Shown here: in pieces, positions 37,469-46,139 of the stretch
Layout of the letters: each line of letters opens with the position of its first letter
How positions within the stretch are numbered: position 1 is the stretch's first letter
Assembly: GCA_018821305.1 (NCBI GenBank)
Contig: JAHJMN010000021.1
Coordinates: forward strand, 17,451-81,450
Direction: 5' to 3'
Length of the DNA: 64,000 bases
From: Myxococcota bacterium
GTDB taxonomy: Bacteria > Myxococcota_A > Polyangia > HGW-17
Program-made: the position numbers and the translations under genes
The notes under the pieces: generated by a model
Told to the model about the DNA's origin: nothing
Databases searched by the model: none
What the model saw: the letters and a program-made list of their open reading frames with translations, nothing else

Positions 37469-38584
37469 ATGATAATTTTTTACCTGCTTATTCTCCCATT
37501 GTTTTTATTGTTAGCTTTTGGAGGACACTACCTCTTCTATAAAATGTGGACACACGCAATTCCTTTTTCCTCCACAGGATTAAAAGTTTTCATCAGTATA
37601 ATTGCACTGTTAGGAAGCAGTATCTTAGTTGGAAATTTCCTTACTAGAACCAGTCTGAGTAATTTGATGTCATTTATATTCATCATTGCGTATTTCTGGA
37701 TGTCCATACTGATATATTTCGCTGTTTTTACTGTTATAATCAAACTCATTTTTATAATATTGATAAAAATCAATTTAGCCTCTTTATTGCCGCCAGTTGC
37801 ACCCTTTGCTACAATATTTGCAATATTAACAGTCATTTTCGGGATCTGGCGGGCGACCTCAATGACGATTCCGCATCATGTAATTCGCTCGAAAGCTGTA
37901 AGAAAACCCATTCGAATTATGCATATAACTGATGTACATTTCAGCCCAGTTCAGGGAGAATCCATGGCTCGTCAGATTGAAGATGTTTACCATCGGTACA
38001 AGCCAGATATTATTCTCTCCACGGGAGATCTTCTGGATCGTGGAATCAAAGATCGGAAACAAGTTGTAAGAATTCTATCATCTTTAAACCCGCCACTGGG
38101 CAAGTTCGGATGTACAGGTAACCACGAATTTATCTCTGATATAAAATACAGTGAGAAATTTCACAGGGAAACAGGATTTACTCTTCTCCGTAATGAAGTA
38201 GTAAATCTTAAAGGAATTTCTATTGCGGGAGTCGATGATCCTCTTGGAGTGCGACTGAAACGAACAAATGGCAAGTCCGAATTAGACGTGGTAAAACAGA
38301 TGAGCGCTCTTAAGTATCGGATTCTTTTAAAGCACCAACCACGTTTTGAGACATCAAACGCCTTTCACTTACAACTTTCGGGCCATACGCACGGTGGTCA
38401 GTTTTTCCCTTTCACACTGTTTACTCGTTTGATATTTAAGTATAATCTCGGGAAATATTTTGTTCAAGGTTCCACCATAATCGTTGGAGCGGGAACAGGA
38501 ACCTGGGGGCCTTATATGCGTGTTGGTATCCCACCGGAAATAATTATTATTGATCTTCTCCCTGAAAAAGAGGCACCGAAGTAG
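37469..38584 (+). CDS. Membrane-anchored calcineurin-like metallophosphoesterase.
   Basis: N-terminal TM helices are followed by MPP motifs (HITDVHFSP, STGDLLDRG, GNHEF, GHTHGGQ). Confidence 0.8.
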   Translation: MIIFYLLILPLFLLLAFGGHYLFYKMWTHAIPFSSTGLKVFISIIALLGSSILVGNFLTRTSLSNLMSFIFIIAYFWMSILIYFAVFTVIIKLIFIILIKINLASLLPPVAPFATIFAILTVIFGIWRATSMTIPHHVIRSKAVRKPIRIMHITDVHFSPVQGESMARQIEDVYHRYKPDIILSTGDLLDRGIKDRKQVVRILSSLNPPLGKFGCTGNHEFISDIKYSEKFHRETGFTLLRNEVVNLKGISIAGVDDPLGVRLKRTNGKSELDVVKQMSALKYRILLKHQPRFETSNAFHLQLSGHTHGGQFFPFTLFTRLIFKYNLGKYFVQGSTIIVGAGTGTWGPYMRVGIPPEIIIIDLLPEKEAPK

Positions 38585-38630
38585 TCATTGCCCTGAAATA
38601 CCCAATTTACTCAGGACTTATGATAATCCA

Positions 38631-39875
38631 TCATTTTTCAATATCTGCGTCCTTCTTCGTTTTCTTTGCATCAGGGTCTTTATCTCGGTCGGGGTAATCG
38701 CCAAATACTACAGTGTCACCTAATCGGATAGGACCACGCATCTTATTTATTATCCCAAGGGAATACTTTTCTGACACTTTAAAAACTACTATTTCGCCCT
38801 TTGATTCAATGGGAAATGTTTCATCAATTTTGTAGTCAGGATCAAGTGGATGTAAATTTGTATAAAGACCATCACCCTGAGTCAAAACCTTTATTCTGTG
38901 CCCATTCTGAACCTTCTGATTTTTACCAATATTTATAATAACGATACTTCCACTGGATAGCATTTCTCTTTCCTGCATCGCGTATACAATTTTGCCTGTA
39001 ATTTTTTTCTTAACAGGCGCAGGAGTAGATTTTACAGTATTAAAGCGTGTTTGAACTGGAAATACAAGGTCGCCTCTTTTAATGGGGTCTAAAACCTTGG
39101 TAATTCGGCCAATTGCGTATTTTTTGGGTCTGATTTCCCTTATAACAAGTTCACCCAGAATCCTCACAACTTGACCAAGTTTTTCCTTGCTTTTCGGATC
39201 TTTAATTACTTTATCTCTCCTGAAAAGACTCATTGTTTCTCCAATTGCTGGTGTCTTATCAGAAAGTTTTATATAAACAGTATCTCCGCTGGAAAGTAAG
39301 GTCTTCTCTTCCGGGCTCCCTGAAACCGTGTGTGCATCCTTTATTTCCTCTTCCTCAACCATTGCCTGTTTACGAACTGTAACTGCGTCTTTATCCCATG
39401 TTAGCCCAGAGAATGAATTCTCGGGTTCTTTTTGATCTTGTTTTACAATTACTTTTTTTCCATTTGCAGTTAGATAAACAATCGTTCCAGGAAATAGCCA
39501 ATGAGGGTTTGTTATATGAGGATTCCATGACCATAATCTTGGCCAATACCAAGCATCTCCAAAGTACTTGACAGCCAGATCCCATAAGGTTTCCCCTTTT
39601 ATAACCTGATGGTACTGTTTGTTTCCTACCCACTTTACAACACCTGAATCGCTGATGGTGTCCATGGAATTTACTTCTTTATTCTTACTTGTATTTTCCG
39701 TAAGTACGACTCTCCTGGTAGTAGGAGCATTTCCTTCATTACCTGAAGATGTATCTTTTGGGGTTGGCGAATTCACAGGAACCCAGTACTTTGTTGGCAC
39801 GGGAGGATAAGTTCCGGGAACAGTTGTCTGACCAAGGGTTATGCTTCCTATTAATAACAAAAAGGTAATTGTCAT
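38631..39875 (-). CDS. LysM-domain secreted protein.
   Basis: A signal peptide is present. A LysM-like segment follows (YHQVIKGETLWDLAVKYFGDAWYWPRLWSWNPHITNPHWLFPGTIVYL). Confidence 0.55.
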   Translation of the reverse strand: MTITFLLLIGSITLGQTTVPGTYPPVPTKYWVPVNSPTPKDTSSGNEGNAPTTRRVVLTENTSKNKEVNSMDTISDSGVVKWVGNKQYHQVIKGETLWDLAVKYFGDAWYWPRLWSWNPHITNPHWLFPGTIVYLTANGKKVIVKQDQKEPENSFSGLTWDKDAVTVRKQAMVEEEEIKDAHTVSGSPEEKTLLSSGDTVYIKLSDKTPAIGETMSLFRRDKVIKDPKSKEKLGQVVRILGELVIREIRPKKYAIGRITKVLDPIKRGDLVFPVQTRFNTVKSTPAPVKKKITGKIVYAMQEREMLSSGSIVIINIGKNQKVQNGHRIKVLTQGDGLYTNLHPLDPDYKIDETFPIESKGEIVVFKVSEKYSLGIINKMRGPIRLGDTVVFGDYPDRDKDPDAKKTKKDADIEK

Positions 39876-39877
39876 GG

Positions 39878-40816
39878 TTACCTCACTTTCTTGAGCCAAG
39901 TCGCAGCCCTTGCCGCGACATCAGAGTTCGGATATGTCTCGATCAGACGTGAAATTATCTGTCGACCTTTCTTTTTATCTCCAAGATTATAGTGACTTAA
40001 TCCTATTTTGAAAGTGGCATCAGGTACTTTTGCCCCTTTCTTGTTCAATTGTATAACTTTATTATAAAAGTTAATTGCATTACGGTAACTTGCTTTTCGG
40101 TAAAATGATTCCCCCTGCCAGAACAGGGCATTCGGCACCCAGGGACTCTCCGGATATGTGCTGACAAGTTTTGAAAAATTAATTACAGCTAATTCATATC
40201 GCGCCATGCGAAACCATTTCATCCCTTGCTCGTAGAGATAACCATCACCATCTTTTCCAAGTTTGACCGCAGGATAAACAGACTTGCTTTTAATTTCCGG
40301 TTTCTTCGAAACACTTGAATTACCAAGAGTTCCATCCGAATCGGAGGGTTCTTTCAATGGGTGGAACTTTCCAAGTCTCAAGACTCGATCACCTTTAACA
40401 GTTGGAATATAATGAGGATTGTCCACAGGTCCAGACGGTGAGCCCTTCAGAACCAATCGAATGCGGCCTTTTCTCTTTTTATATTTTGTTTTTCTTTGAA
40501 CAGCGGGCTCAGGTTCCTGTTCTTCAAGTTCGCCCACTGTCGCAGGTTTAAGTTTCGTTTCCGGAAGATTGTCTGGCTCTTTTATGTTTTCACCATTACC
40601 ATTGTTTGCAGGTTTCTTTTTACGATGTTCAATTACCCTGCTTTCCAGAACCAGAAGCCGGTTTTTAATTGTTCCGATCTCTGTTGCAATTTCTTTCTGC
40701 TGAGATTTAATTGATCTCAAAATCTGAAGATCTTCGGCGCTCAACCCTTTTGAGCACGAAAAATTGAGAGAAATCGCCAAGATTGAAAGGAAAATATGTA
40801 TGCTTTTAGGAGACAT
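39878..40816 (-). CDS. Tol-Pal system protein CpoB/YbgF-like lipoprotein (coiled coil plus C-terminal TPR).
   Basis: The lipoprotein signal is LNFSCSKG, followed by a coiled-coil. The C-terminal YbgF-type TPR is present (…YELAVINFSKLVSTYPESPWVPNALFWQGESFYRKASYRNAINFYNKVIQ…). Confidence 0.65.
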   Translation of the reverse strand: MSPKSIHIFLSILAISLNFSCSKGLSAEDLQILRSIKSQQKEIATEIGTIKNRLLVLESRVIEHRKKKPANNGNGENIKEPDNLPETKLKPATVGELEEQEPEPAVQRKTKYKKRKGRIRLVLKGSPSGPVDNPHYIPTVKGDRVLRLGKFHPLKEPSDSDGTLGNSSVSKKPEIKSKSVYPAVKLGKDGDGYLYEQGMKWFRMARYELAVINFSKLVSTYPESPWVPNALFWQGESFYRKASYRNAINFYNKVIQLNKKGAKVPDATFKIGLSHYNLGDKKKGRQIISRLIETYPNSDVAARAATWLKKVR

Positions 40817-40923
40817 TGTAGTACACCTCTATACACTGTGTACCATACAACCACAACCTTTGCAAGAAAATGACTTTTCTTATGAATAATTATCTACTCA
40901 AGTGGCCTTTACCTGTTGAAATT

Positions 40924-41607
40924 ATGACTTTCATCCGTCGAAAAAACCGTTTTATTTCAGAAATGCTTGATTCAACTGGATTGAAAGTCGAGGTTCATTC
41001 ACCAAATACCGGCTCTATGAAAAACCTCCTGCTTCCAGGATCAAGATGCCTTGTTCATAATACAGGGAAGGTTGATCGAAAATATCCATTTTCCTGGATT
41101 AGTGTGGAAAATGAAGGTGTTTGGGTGGGAATTGATACAATTTTTACTAATAAAATTGCTGGCAAGCTTATACGAGATGGATTTATACCTGATCTCACAG
41201 ACATTTTATCCATAACGCCTGAAGTTAAAACTGGACAATCAAGGCTGGATTTTAAAGTTGTCACAAGATCCGGTTTCAATGTTTGGATTGAAGTTAAAAA
41301 TGTAACTCTTCTGGAAAACAAAACAGCTTTATTTCCGGATGCTGTTACAGAGAGGGGAATCAAGCACCTTGAAGAACTTATGACTCTAAAAGTACCGGAC
41401 CATCGATGTATCATGCTTTATATAATAAATCGAGGAGATGCGGAGTTTTTTGATGCAGCCCGCGAAATTCACAAGGCTTATGAGTCGCAACTAAAATCAG
41501 CTATCAAAAAAGGGGTGGAAATATTTCCTGTGGTAATGCATTGCGATACTACAGGAGTGAAATTCCTTAAATTTGCCGAAATTTCTGAAAATTTGCTCTC
41601 ACCTTAG
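40924..41607 (+). CDS. sfsA: Sugar fermentation stimulation protein A (SfsA) homologue.
   Basis: RKNRFISEML…HSPNTGSM…SRLDFKV…WIEVKNVTL…ALFPDAVTERGIKHLEEL matches the SfsA family. Confidence 0.8.
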   Translation: MTFIRRKNRFISEMLDSTGLKVEVHSPNTGSMKNLLLPGSRCLVHNTGKVDRKYPFSWISVENEGVWVGIDTIFTNKIAGKLIRDGFIPDLTDILSITPEVKTGQSRLDFKVVTRSGFNVWIEVKNVTLLENKTALFPDAVTERGIKHLEELMTLKVPDHRCIMLYIINRGDAEFFDAAREIHKAYESQLKSAIKKGVEIFPVVMHCDTTGVKFLKFAEISENLLSP

Positions 41608-41648
41608 AATTTTGGTTCTGATAAAATTATTTCTAACAATTTCAAAGA

Positions 41649-41750
41649 ATTTCAGGTAACCAGAAAATCAGTAGCAGGAACAGGAAAACAGGGGCTCTTT
41701 CCTGAAGAATTTCTTTTAAACGAACAACAATCGTATTGCGGGATCTAATC
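41649..41750 (-). repeat. Family-2 repeat, partial unit in reverse orientation.
   Basis: TTTCAGGTAACCAGAAAATCAGTAGCAGGAACAGGAAAACAGGGGCTCTTTCCTGAAG…CAATCGTATTGCGG is the reverse complement of the unit core. It lies between the convergent sfsA and kbl genes. Confidence 0.7.
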
Positions 41751-42944
41751 TATCACGCCGTGTTTGCGACCGACCTTTTCAAATGCAGCAACTGCTTTTT
41801 CCAATTGTTCCATGGAATGCATTGCACTGATTTGAGTTCTGATACGGGCTTTTTCTTTGGGAACGACAGGATAAGAGAAGCCTATAGCATAAACACCTTC
41901 GTCAAGGAGATCATCAGCTATCATTGAAGCAAGGCGAGCGTCGCCAAGCATAACGGGAATGATTGCATGATCTTTTCCAGCAAGATTAAACCCCAGTCGG
42001 CTCATTTCTTCTCTGAAGAATTTCATGTTCCCTGCTAACTTATCGATAAGCTCGGTGGATTCCTGTACTATTTCAAGCACTTTAAGCGTTGTTGCAGCAA
42101 TTACGGGAGCAAGGGTATTGGAAAATAGATAAGGTCTCGATCGCTGTCTTAAAATATCTATTACTGCTTTATGTGAAGCAGTAAAGCCTCCACTTGCGCC
42201 ACCCATGGCTTTTCCGAGGGTACTCGTAACAATGTCGACTCGGTCTATGACATTATTATATTCATGGCTGCCACGCCCTGTTTTTCCGATGAAACCAGTC
42301 GCGTGTGAATCGTCGACCATAACTATCGCGTTATATTTGTCTGCAAGATCGCATACTCCAGCAAGATTCGCGATAATGCCATCCATAGAAAAAACACCGT
42401 CAGTTGCGATCATTTTCAATCTAAGACCCTGAGCATCTGCTTCAATAAGTTGCTTCTCGAGATCTTCCATATCATTGTTAATATATCGGAATCTTTTGGC
42501 TTTACACAGTCTGACGCCGTCTATTATTGATGCATGATTCAAAGTATCACTAATAATTGCGTCCTGCTCTGTAAGCAGTGTTTCAAAAAGACCACCATTA
42601 GCATCAAAACAACTTGAATAGAGAATTACATCTTCTTTTCCAATGAAAGCAGCGAGTTTTGCTTCCAACTCTTTGTGCAAATCAAGTGTACCTACTATAA
42701 ACCTTACGCTGCTCATTCCAAATGCATATTTATCGAGGGCGGCTTTAGCAGAGTCAACAAGTCGTGGATCATTGGCAAGTCCCAGATAATTGTTTGCACA
42801 CATATTAATAACTGGTTCGCTGCGTCCGGCGACTTTTATAAGAGAGCTTTGTGGAGTAACTACAATCCGTTCAGATTTAAACAACCCTGCATCTCGTATG
42901 TTTTTCAGTTCAGTTTCGAGTATTTCCTTGAAATTACCGTACAT
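41745..42944 (-). CDS. kbl: 2-amino-3-ketobutyrate CoA ligase (glycine C-acetyltransferase).
   Basis: The protein aligns along its full length with Kbl (…[15 protein letters not shown]…[16 protein letters not shown]…[15 protein letters not shown]…DDSHATGF…[14 protein letters not shown]…). An AGGAGA RBS is present. Confidence 0.92.
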   Translation of the reverse strand: MYGNFKEILETELKNIRDAGLFKSERIVVTPQSSLIKVAGRSEPVINMCANNYLGLANDPRLVDSAKAALDKYAFGMSSVRFIVGTLDLHKELEAKLAAFIGKEDVILYSSCFDANGGLFETLLTEQDAIISDTLNHASIIDGVRLCKAKRFRYINNDMEDLEKQLIEADAQGLRLKMIATDGVFSMDGIIANLAGVCDLADKYNAIVMVDDSHATGFIGKTGRGSHEYNNVIDRVDIVTSTLGKAMGGASGGFTASHKAVIDILRQRSRPYLFSNTLAPVIAATTLKVLEIVQESTELIDKLAGNMKFFREEMSRLGFNLAGKDHAIIPVMLGDARLASMIADDLLDEGVYAIGFSYPVVPKEKARIRTQISAMHSMEQLEKAVAAFEKVGRKHGVID

Positions 42945-42967
42945 AATGAGTCTCCTGCTTTCTATGG

Positions 42968-43137
42968 TTAGTTCAGGACAGTAACTGTTTAGTTCGTGTC
43001 CGGAAATTCGATTCGCGAAGAATTTTGTTAAAAATTCTATCCGGCCACTACCAGTGAATTCAAGACATTGCGGTTACTGTCCTGAGTAAAAAATCGACAA
43101 AAAATTTAAAAACCGTATTTCAGGAAAGTAACTGGTT
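42968..43137 (-). mobile_element. Family-1 MITE-like element, copy E, in reverse orientation and diverged.
   Basis: The reverse complement reads …CAGTTACTTTCCTGAAATACGG…ACTCAGGACAGTAACCGCAATG…TTCGCGAATCGAATTTCCGGACACGAACTAAACAGTTACTGTCCTGAAC. Confidence 0.7.
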
Positions 43138-43209
43138 AAGAACACTGGCAATCTGATCGTAGATTTATAACAAGAAAATACCCTCGAGAGCAACTTAAAA
43201 TGTGATGTT

Positions 43210-43695
43210 TCAGGTTCCAAGAGAATGTATCTGACGAATTGCTTCATAGGCACCAATACCGACGGAATTTGCAAGATTCAAGCTGCGAATATCCTTCATC
43301 ATCGGAATGCGTACACAATTTCCAGGATATTTATCCAGCAACCAGCGAGGAAGACCCTTAGTTTCACTTCCAAATGCGAGTGCGTCGCCAGGAAGAAACC
43401 TGGAATCATACATGGAATTGCCTACTTTTGTCGAAAACAGGTGAAAACGACCGCCTAACTTCTCAAAAAAAGCATCGATGTCTGGTTCGTAGAACTTTTC
43501 AACGAGTTCCCAGTAATCAAGCCCGGCCCTTTTCCTTCTTGGATGGTTCTCATCAAAAGCAATTTTTCCCACAATGTAAAGTGGGCTTCCGATGCAGGCA
43601 CATATCCGCGACACAGCTCCGATGTTTGGTGGAATTTCAGGCTCGACTAAGACCATTTTCAAGGGCGTAACTTCAGAACTTAAGATAACTGACAT
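43210..43695 (-). CDS. trmL: tRNA (cytidine34/uridine34-2'-O)-methyltransferase TrmL (SpoU family).
   Basis: MVLVEPEIPPNIGAVSRICA…AGLDYWELV…FGSETKGLP…IRIPMMKDIRSLNLANSVGIGAYEAIRQ is closely similar to E. coli TrmL. Confidence 0.9.
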   Translation of the reverse strand: MSVILSSEVTPLKMVLVEPEIPPNIGAVSRICACIGSPLYIVGKIAFDENHPRRKRAGLDYWELVEKFYEPDIDAFFEKLGGRFHLFSTKVGNSMYDSRFLPGDALAFGSETKGLPRWLLDKYPGNCVRIPMMKDIRSLNLANSVGIGAYEAIRQIHSLGT

Positions 43696-43715
43696 TCTTA
43701 TCTCCCGGGAACTAA

Positions 43716-43862
43716 TCAGTCACTGTCCTGAAAATAAAGAAATCATATTTTTTAGCCGATTTTTGGCTCAGGACAGTGACCACAAGGTGTTCCATTTATT
43801 GTAGTGGCCTGTTAGGATTTTTAATAAAATCCTTCGTAAAGCGAATTACAGGGTACGTACTT
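43716..43862 (+). mobile_element. Family-1 MITE-like element, copy F.
   Basis: The stem is GTCACTGTCCTGA…TCAGGACAGTGAC, with a compensatory A>C / T>G change that preserves pairing. CCTGTTAGGATTTTTAATAAAATCCTTCGTAAAGCGAATTACAGG follows. Confidence 0.8.
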
Positions 43863-43967
43863 ATAATATTAAAAATCGGTTTCTTTGATACAACAATCTC
43901 TCTCAGGAGATGATCTCAAAACCAATTGACCCCGAAAGATACCTGATTTTTTACTTTTCAGGAATTA

Positions 43968-45257
43968 TTATCGTTTGAGATTTACGACTTCGTTGAGCAT
44001 GTCTGATGCGGTGGTGATAGTACGGGAGTTAGCCTGGAATCCCCTCTGGTAAGCAATCATATTTACGAATTCTTTTGCGAGATCGACATTTGACTGTTCA
44101 AGGGAGTTTGAGTAAATTGTACCGCGTCCACCGGTATTGGCAGCTCCTACAGCTGGATCTCCAGAAACATCCGTTGAGATCCACAGGGAGTTTCCTGATC
44201 GCTGAAGACCATTTTCATTCTGGAATGATGCTAAAGCAACCTGTCCAAGAAGTCGGTGTTCACCATTTGAGAAAAGTCCTTCAATTTCCCCGTCGGCATC
44301 TATTGTTATATCCTGCAAAGTACCAGTTGAGTATCCATCCTGAGAAAGAGTAATTACTGCACTTTCATCAGCAAACTGAGTTGCTCCGTCAAAACCGCTT
44401 GCACCGCCAGCTGTTCCTATACCAAAATCCATTGCTATTGTTGATGCTCCAGCTCCACCGGCGAAGGTCACAGCGGTGGGGGTTGATGTTACGGTGGTCA
44501 TACTACCATCGGTTCCAAAAGTTAATGTGCCTGTGTCAATTTCCTGAAGAACACCAGGAGTACCACCGGCAATATCGGCGCCATCAACCATCGCATGATA
44601 ATCCCAAGTATTATCAGCGGTTTTTGAGAAGTAAACATCAACACGATGGGAATTACCAAGAGTATCATAAACTGTTGCAGACGTGCTGAAGTTGCTTGAA
44701 TTTACCGGATCCGTCGGATCCCACGTGGTAACTGCTTCTCTCGAATCGAGATTAATGCTCAAATCAACAGTAGTTGTTGCATTTGCGGGTAGCGGAGATG
44801 TCGGTAATGCAATATCACCAACTCCGCCTGCAATTTGACCTGTATCATCAACACCGTAACCCTGAACCCGGAGGCTGTTGGGGTTAACGAGGAATCCGTC
44901 AGCATCAATATTAAACTGCCCTGCTCTTGTATAGAAATCCCCACTGACGCCATTTACAGTTCCGTTCACAACGAAAAATCCATGACCTGTGATTGCCAGA
45001 TCTGTAACGCTGCCGGTATTGATCAATGCTCCCTGACTGAATATCTGTTGAACATTACCAAGCATACTTCCGCGACCGATCTGACTCAGTCCTGCACCAC
45101 CATGAACTGTTTCGGCCAGCATGTCCTGAAAGTTTGCCCGTCCTTCTTTGAATCCTACTGTGTTTACGTTTGCGATGTTGTCCCCAGTAACACTGAGGCC
45201 CTGGGAGTTGGTCGACATTCCGGAAGTTCCTGAATACATACTTGTGATTAGAGACAT
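43968..45257 (-). CDS. flgE: Flagellar hook protein FlgE (429 aa from the ATG at 45257).
   Basis: The N-terminus is MSLITSMYSGTSGMSTNSQGLSVTGDNIANVNTVGFK. The C-terminus is …EFVNMIAYQRGFQANSRTITTASDMLNEVVNLKR. A GGAGAGG RBS is present. Confidence 0.9.
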   Translation of the reverse strand: MSLITSMYSGTSGMSTNSQGLSVTGDNIANVNTVGFKEGRANFQDMLAETVHGGAGLSQIGRGSMLGNVQQIFSQGALINTGSVTDLAITGHGFFVVNGTVNGVSGDFYTRAGQFNIDADGFLVNPNSLRVQGYGVDDTGQIAGGVGDIALPTSPLPANATTTVDLSINLDSREAVTTWDPTDPVNSSNFSTSATVYDTLGNSHRVDVYFSKTADNTWDYHAMVDGADIAGGTPGVLQEIDTGTLTFGTDGSMTTVTSTPTAVTFAGGAGASTIAMDFGIGTAGGASGFDGATQFADESAVITLSQDGYSTGTLQDITIDADGEIEGLFSNGEHRLLGQVALASFQNENGLQRSGNSLWISTDVSGDPAVGAANTGGRGTIYSNSLEQSNVDLAKEFVNMIAYQRGFQANSRTITTASDMLNEVVNLKR

Positions 45258-45430
45258 TTTCCTCTCCTGGTTCCGGCTCAGGGTCCGATTTCCCCGGACC
45301 CATTCACCTGACACATTCCAATGACCACTTCCGTGTCGCCTCGAGGAACGCACAATTGTTAAAAGTTGTTGTTAATTATAACTCCATCATAAATTATTAG
45401 ATCACTAATTATTATTATAATTTTTCATTT

Positions 45431-46129
45431 TCATCCGCTCGTGGATATTCCAACTGATGTCTGTCCTATTGATATAATATCTCCAAGTTTTACTTTACGC
45501 CCGTTTACCATCATTTCAGGATATCCATTATCATATCTTACTTCACTCACTGTACCGATTACATAGCTTACAGCACTTACACCATTACCGTTGGCATCAT
45601 ATGCTTCAACAGAGAATTTATATTCACCAGGTCCCATTGTGCGACCATCGTTATCTTTCCCGTCCCACGTATATTTGCTGGTTCCTTCAGGAAGATCCTT
45701 CAAATCCACGGTGCGCACAACTGAACCACTCTTATCTTTTATGGTTACTTTTACGGATGCGGCTTCATTTCCAAGCCGATATGTCAAATCAGTTGTCCCA
45801 GTCCCGCCATAAGTAAACATATCTCCTTTTGCTGTAACTTCCTTACCAACAAGATTTGCGGCCTGAGCGTTAGTTTGACTCAGTTGTGCCACTTGAAGCA
45901 GTTCCAGATTGGAATTGGCTTTTATCTGCTGTTCCAGAGTAGAGAATTGTGCCATCTGAGAAACAAATTGATAGTTATCCATAGGAGATAACGGGTCCTG
46001 ATTTTTCAACTGGGTAATCAGCAAATTTAGAAATTGCTGCTGATCGATGTTATTATTTGATGTAGTCCCGGTCTTCGATGTTTGACCAAGATACGCTCCG
46101 GAGTTTGTCGTAGGTACTATGCTTGACAT
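45431..46129 (-). CDS. flgD: Flagellar hook assembly/capping protein FlgD.
   Basis: QQQFLNLLITQLKNQDPLSPMDNYQFVSQMAQFSTLEQ is the FlgD N-terminal signature. A C-terminal FlgD Ig-like region follows. A GAGGAGG RBS is present. Confidence 0.85.
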   Translation of the reverse strand: MSSIVPTTNSGAYLGQTSKTGTTSNNNIDQQQFLNLLITQLKNQDPLSPMDNYQFVSQMAQFSTLEQQIKANSNLELLQVAQLSQTNAQAANLVGKEVTAKGDMFTYGGTGTTDLTYRLGNEAASVKVTIKDKSGSVVRTVDLKDLPEGTSKYTWDGKDNDGRTMGPGEYKFSVEAYDANGNGVSAVSYVIGTVSEVRYDNGYPEMMVNGRKVKLGDIISIGQTSVGISTSG

Positions 46130-46139
46130 GATTGCCTCC

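Noticed and set aside
38585-38625. A possible degenerate Family-1 fragment (GCCCTGAAATACCCAATTTACTCAGGAC) between the metallophosphoesterase and LysM genes.
   Set aside because: Only the short CCTGAAATACC…TCAGGAC motif is shared. That is too little to call a copy with confidence.
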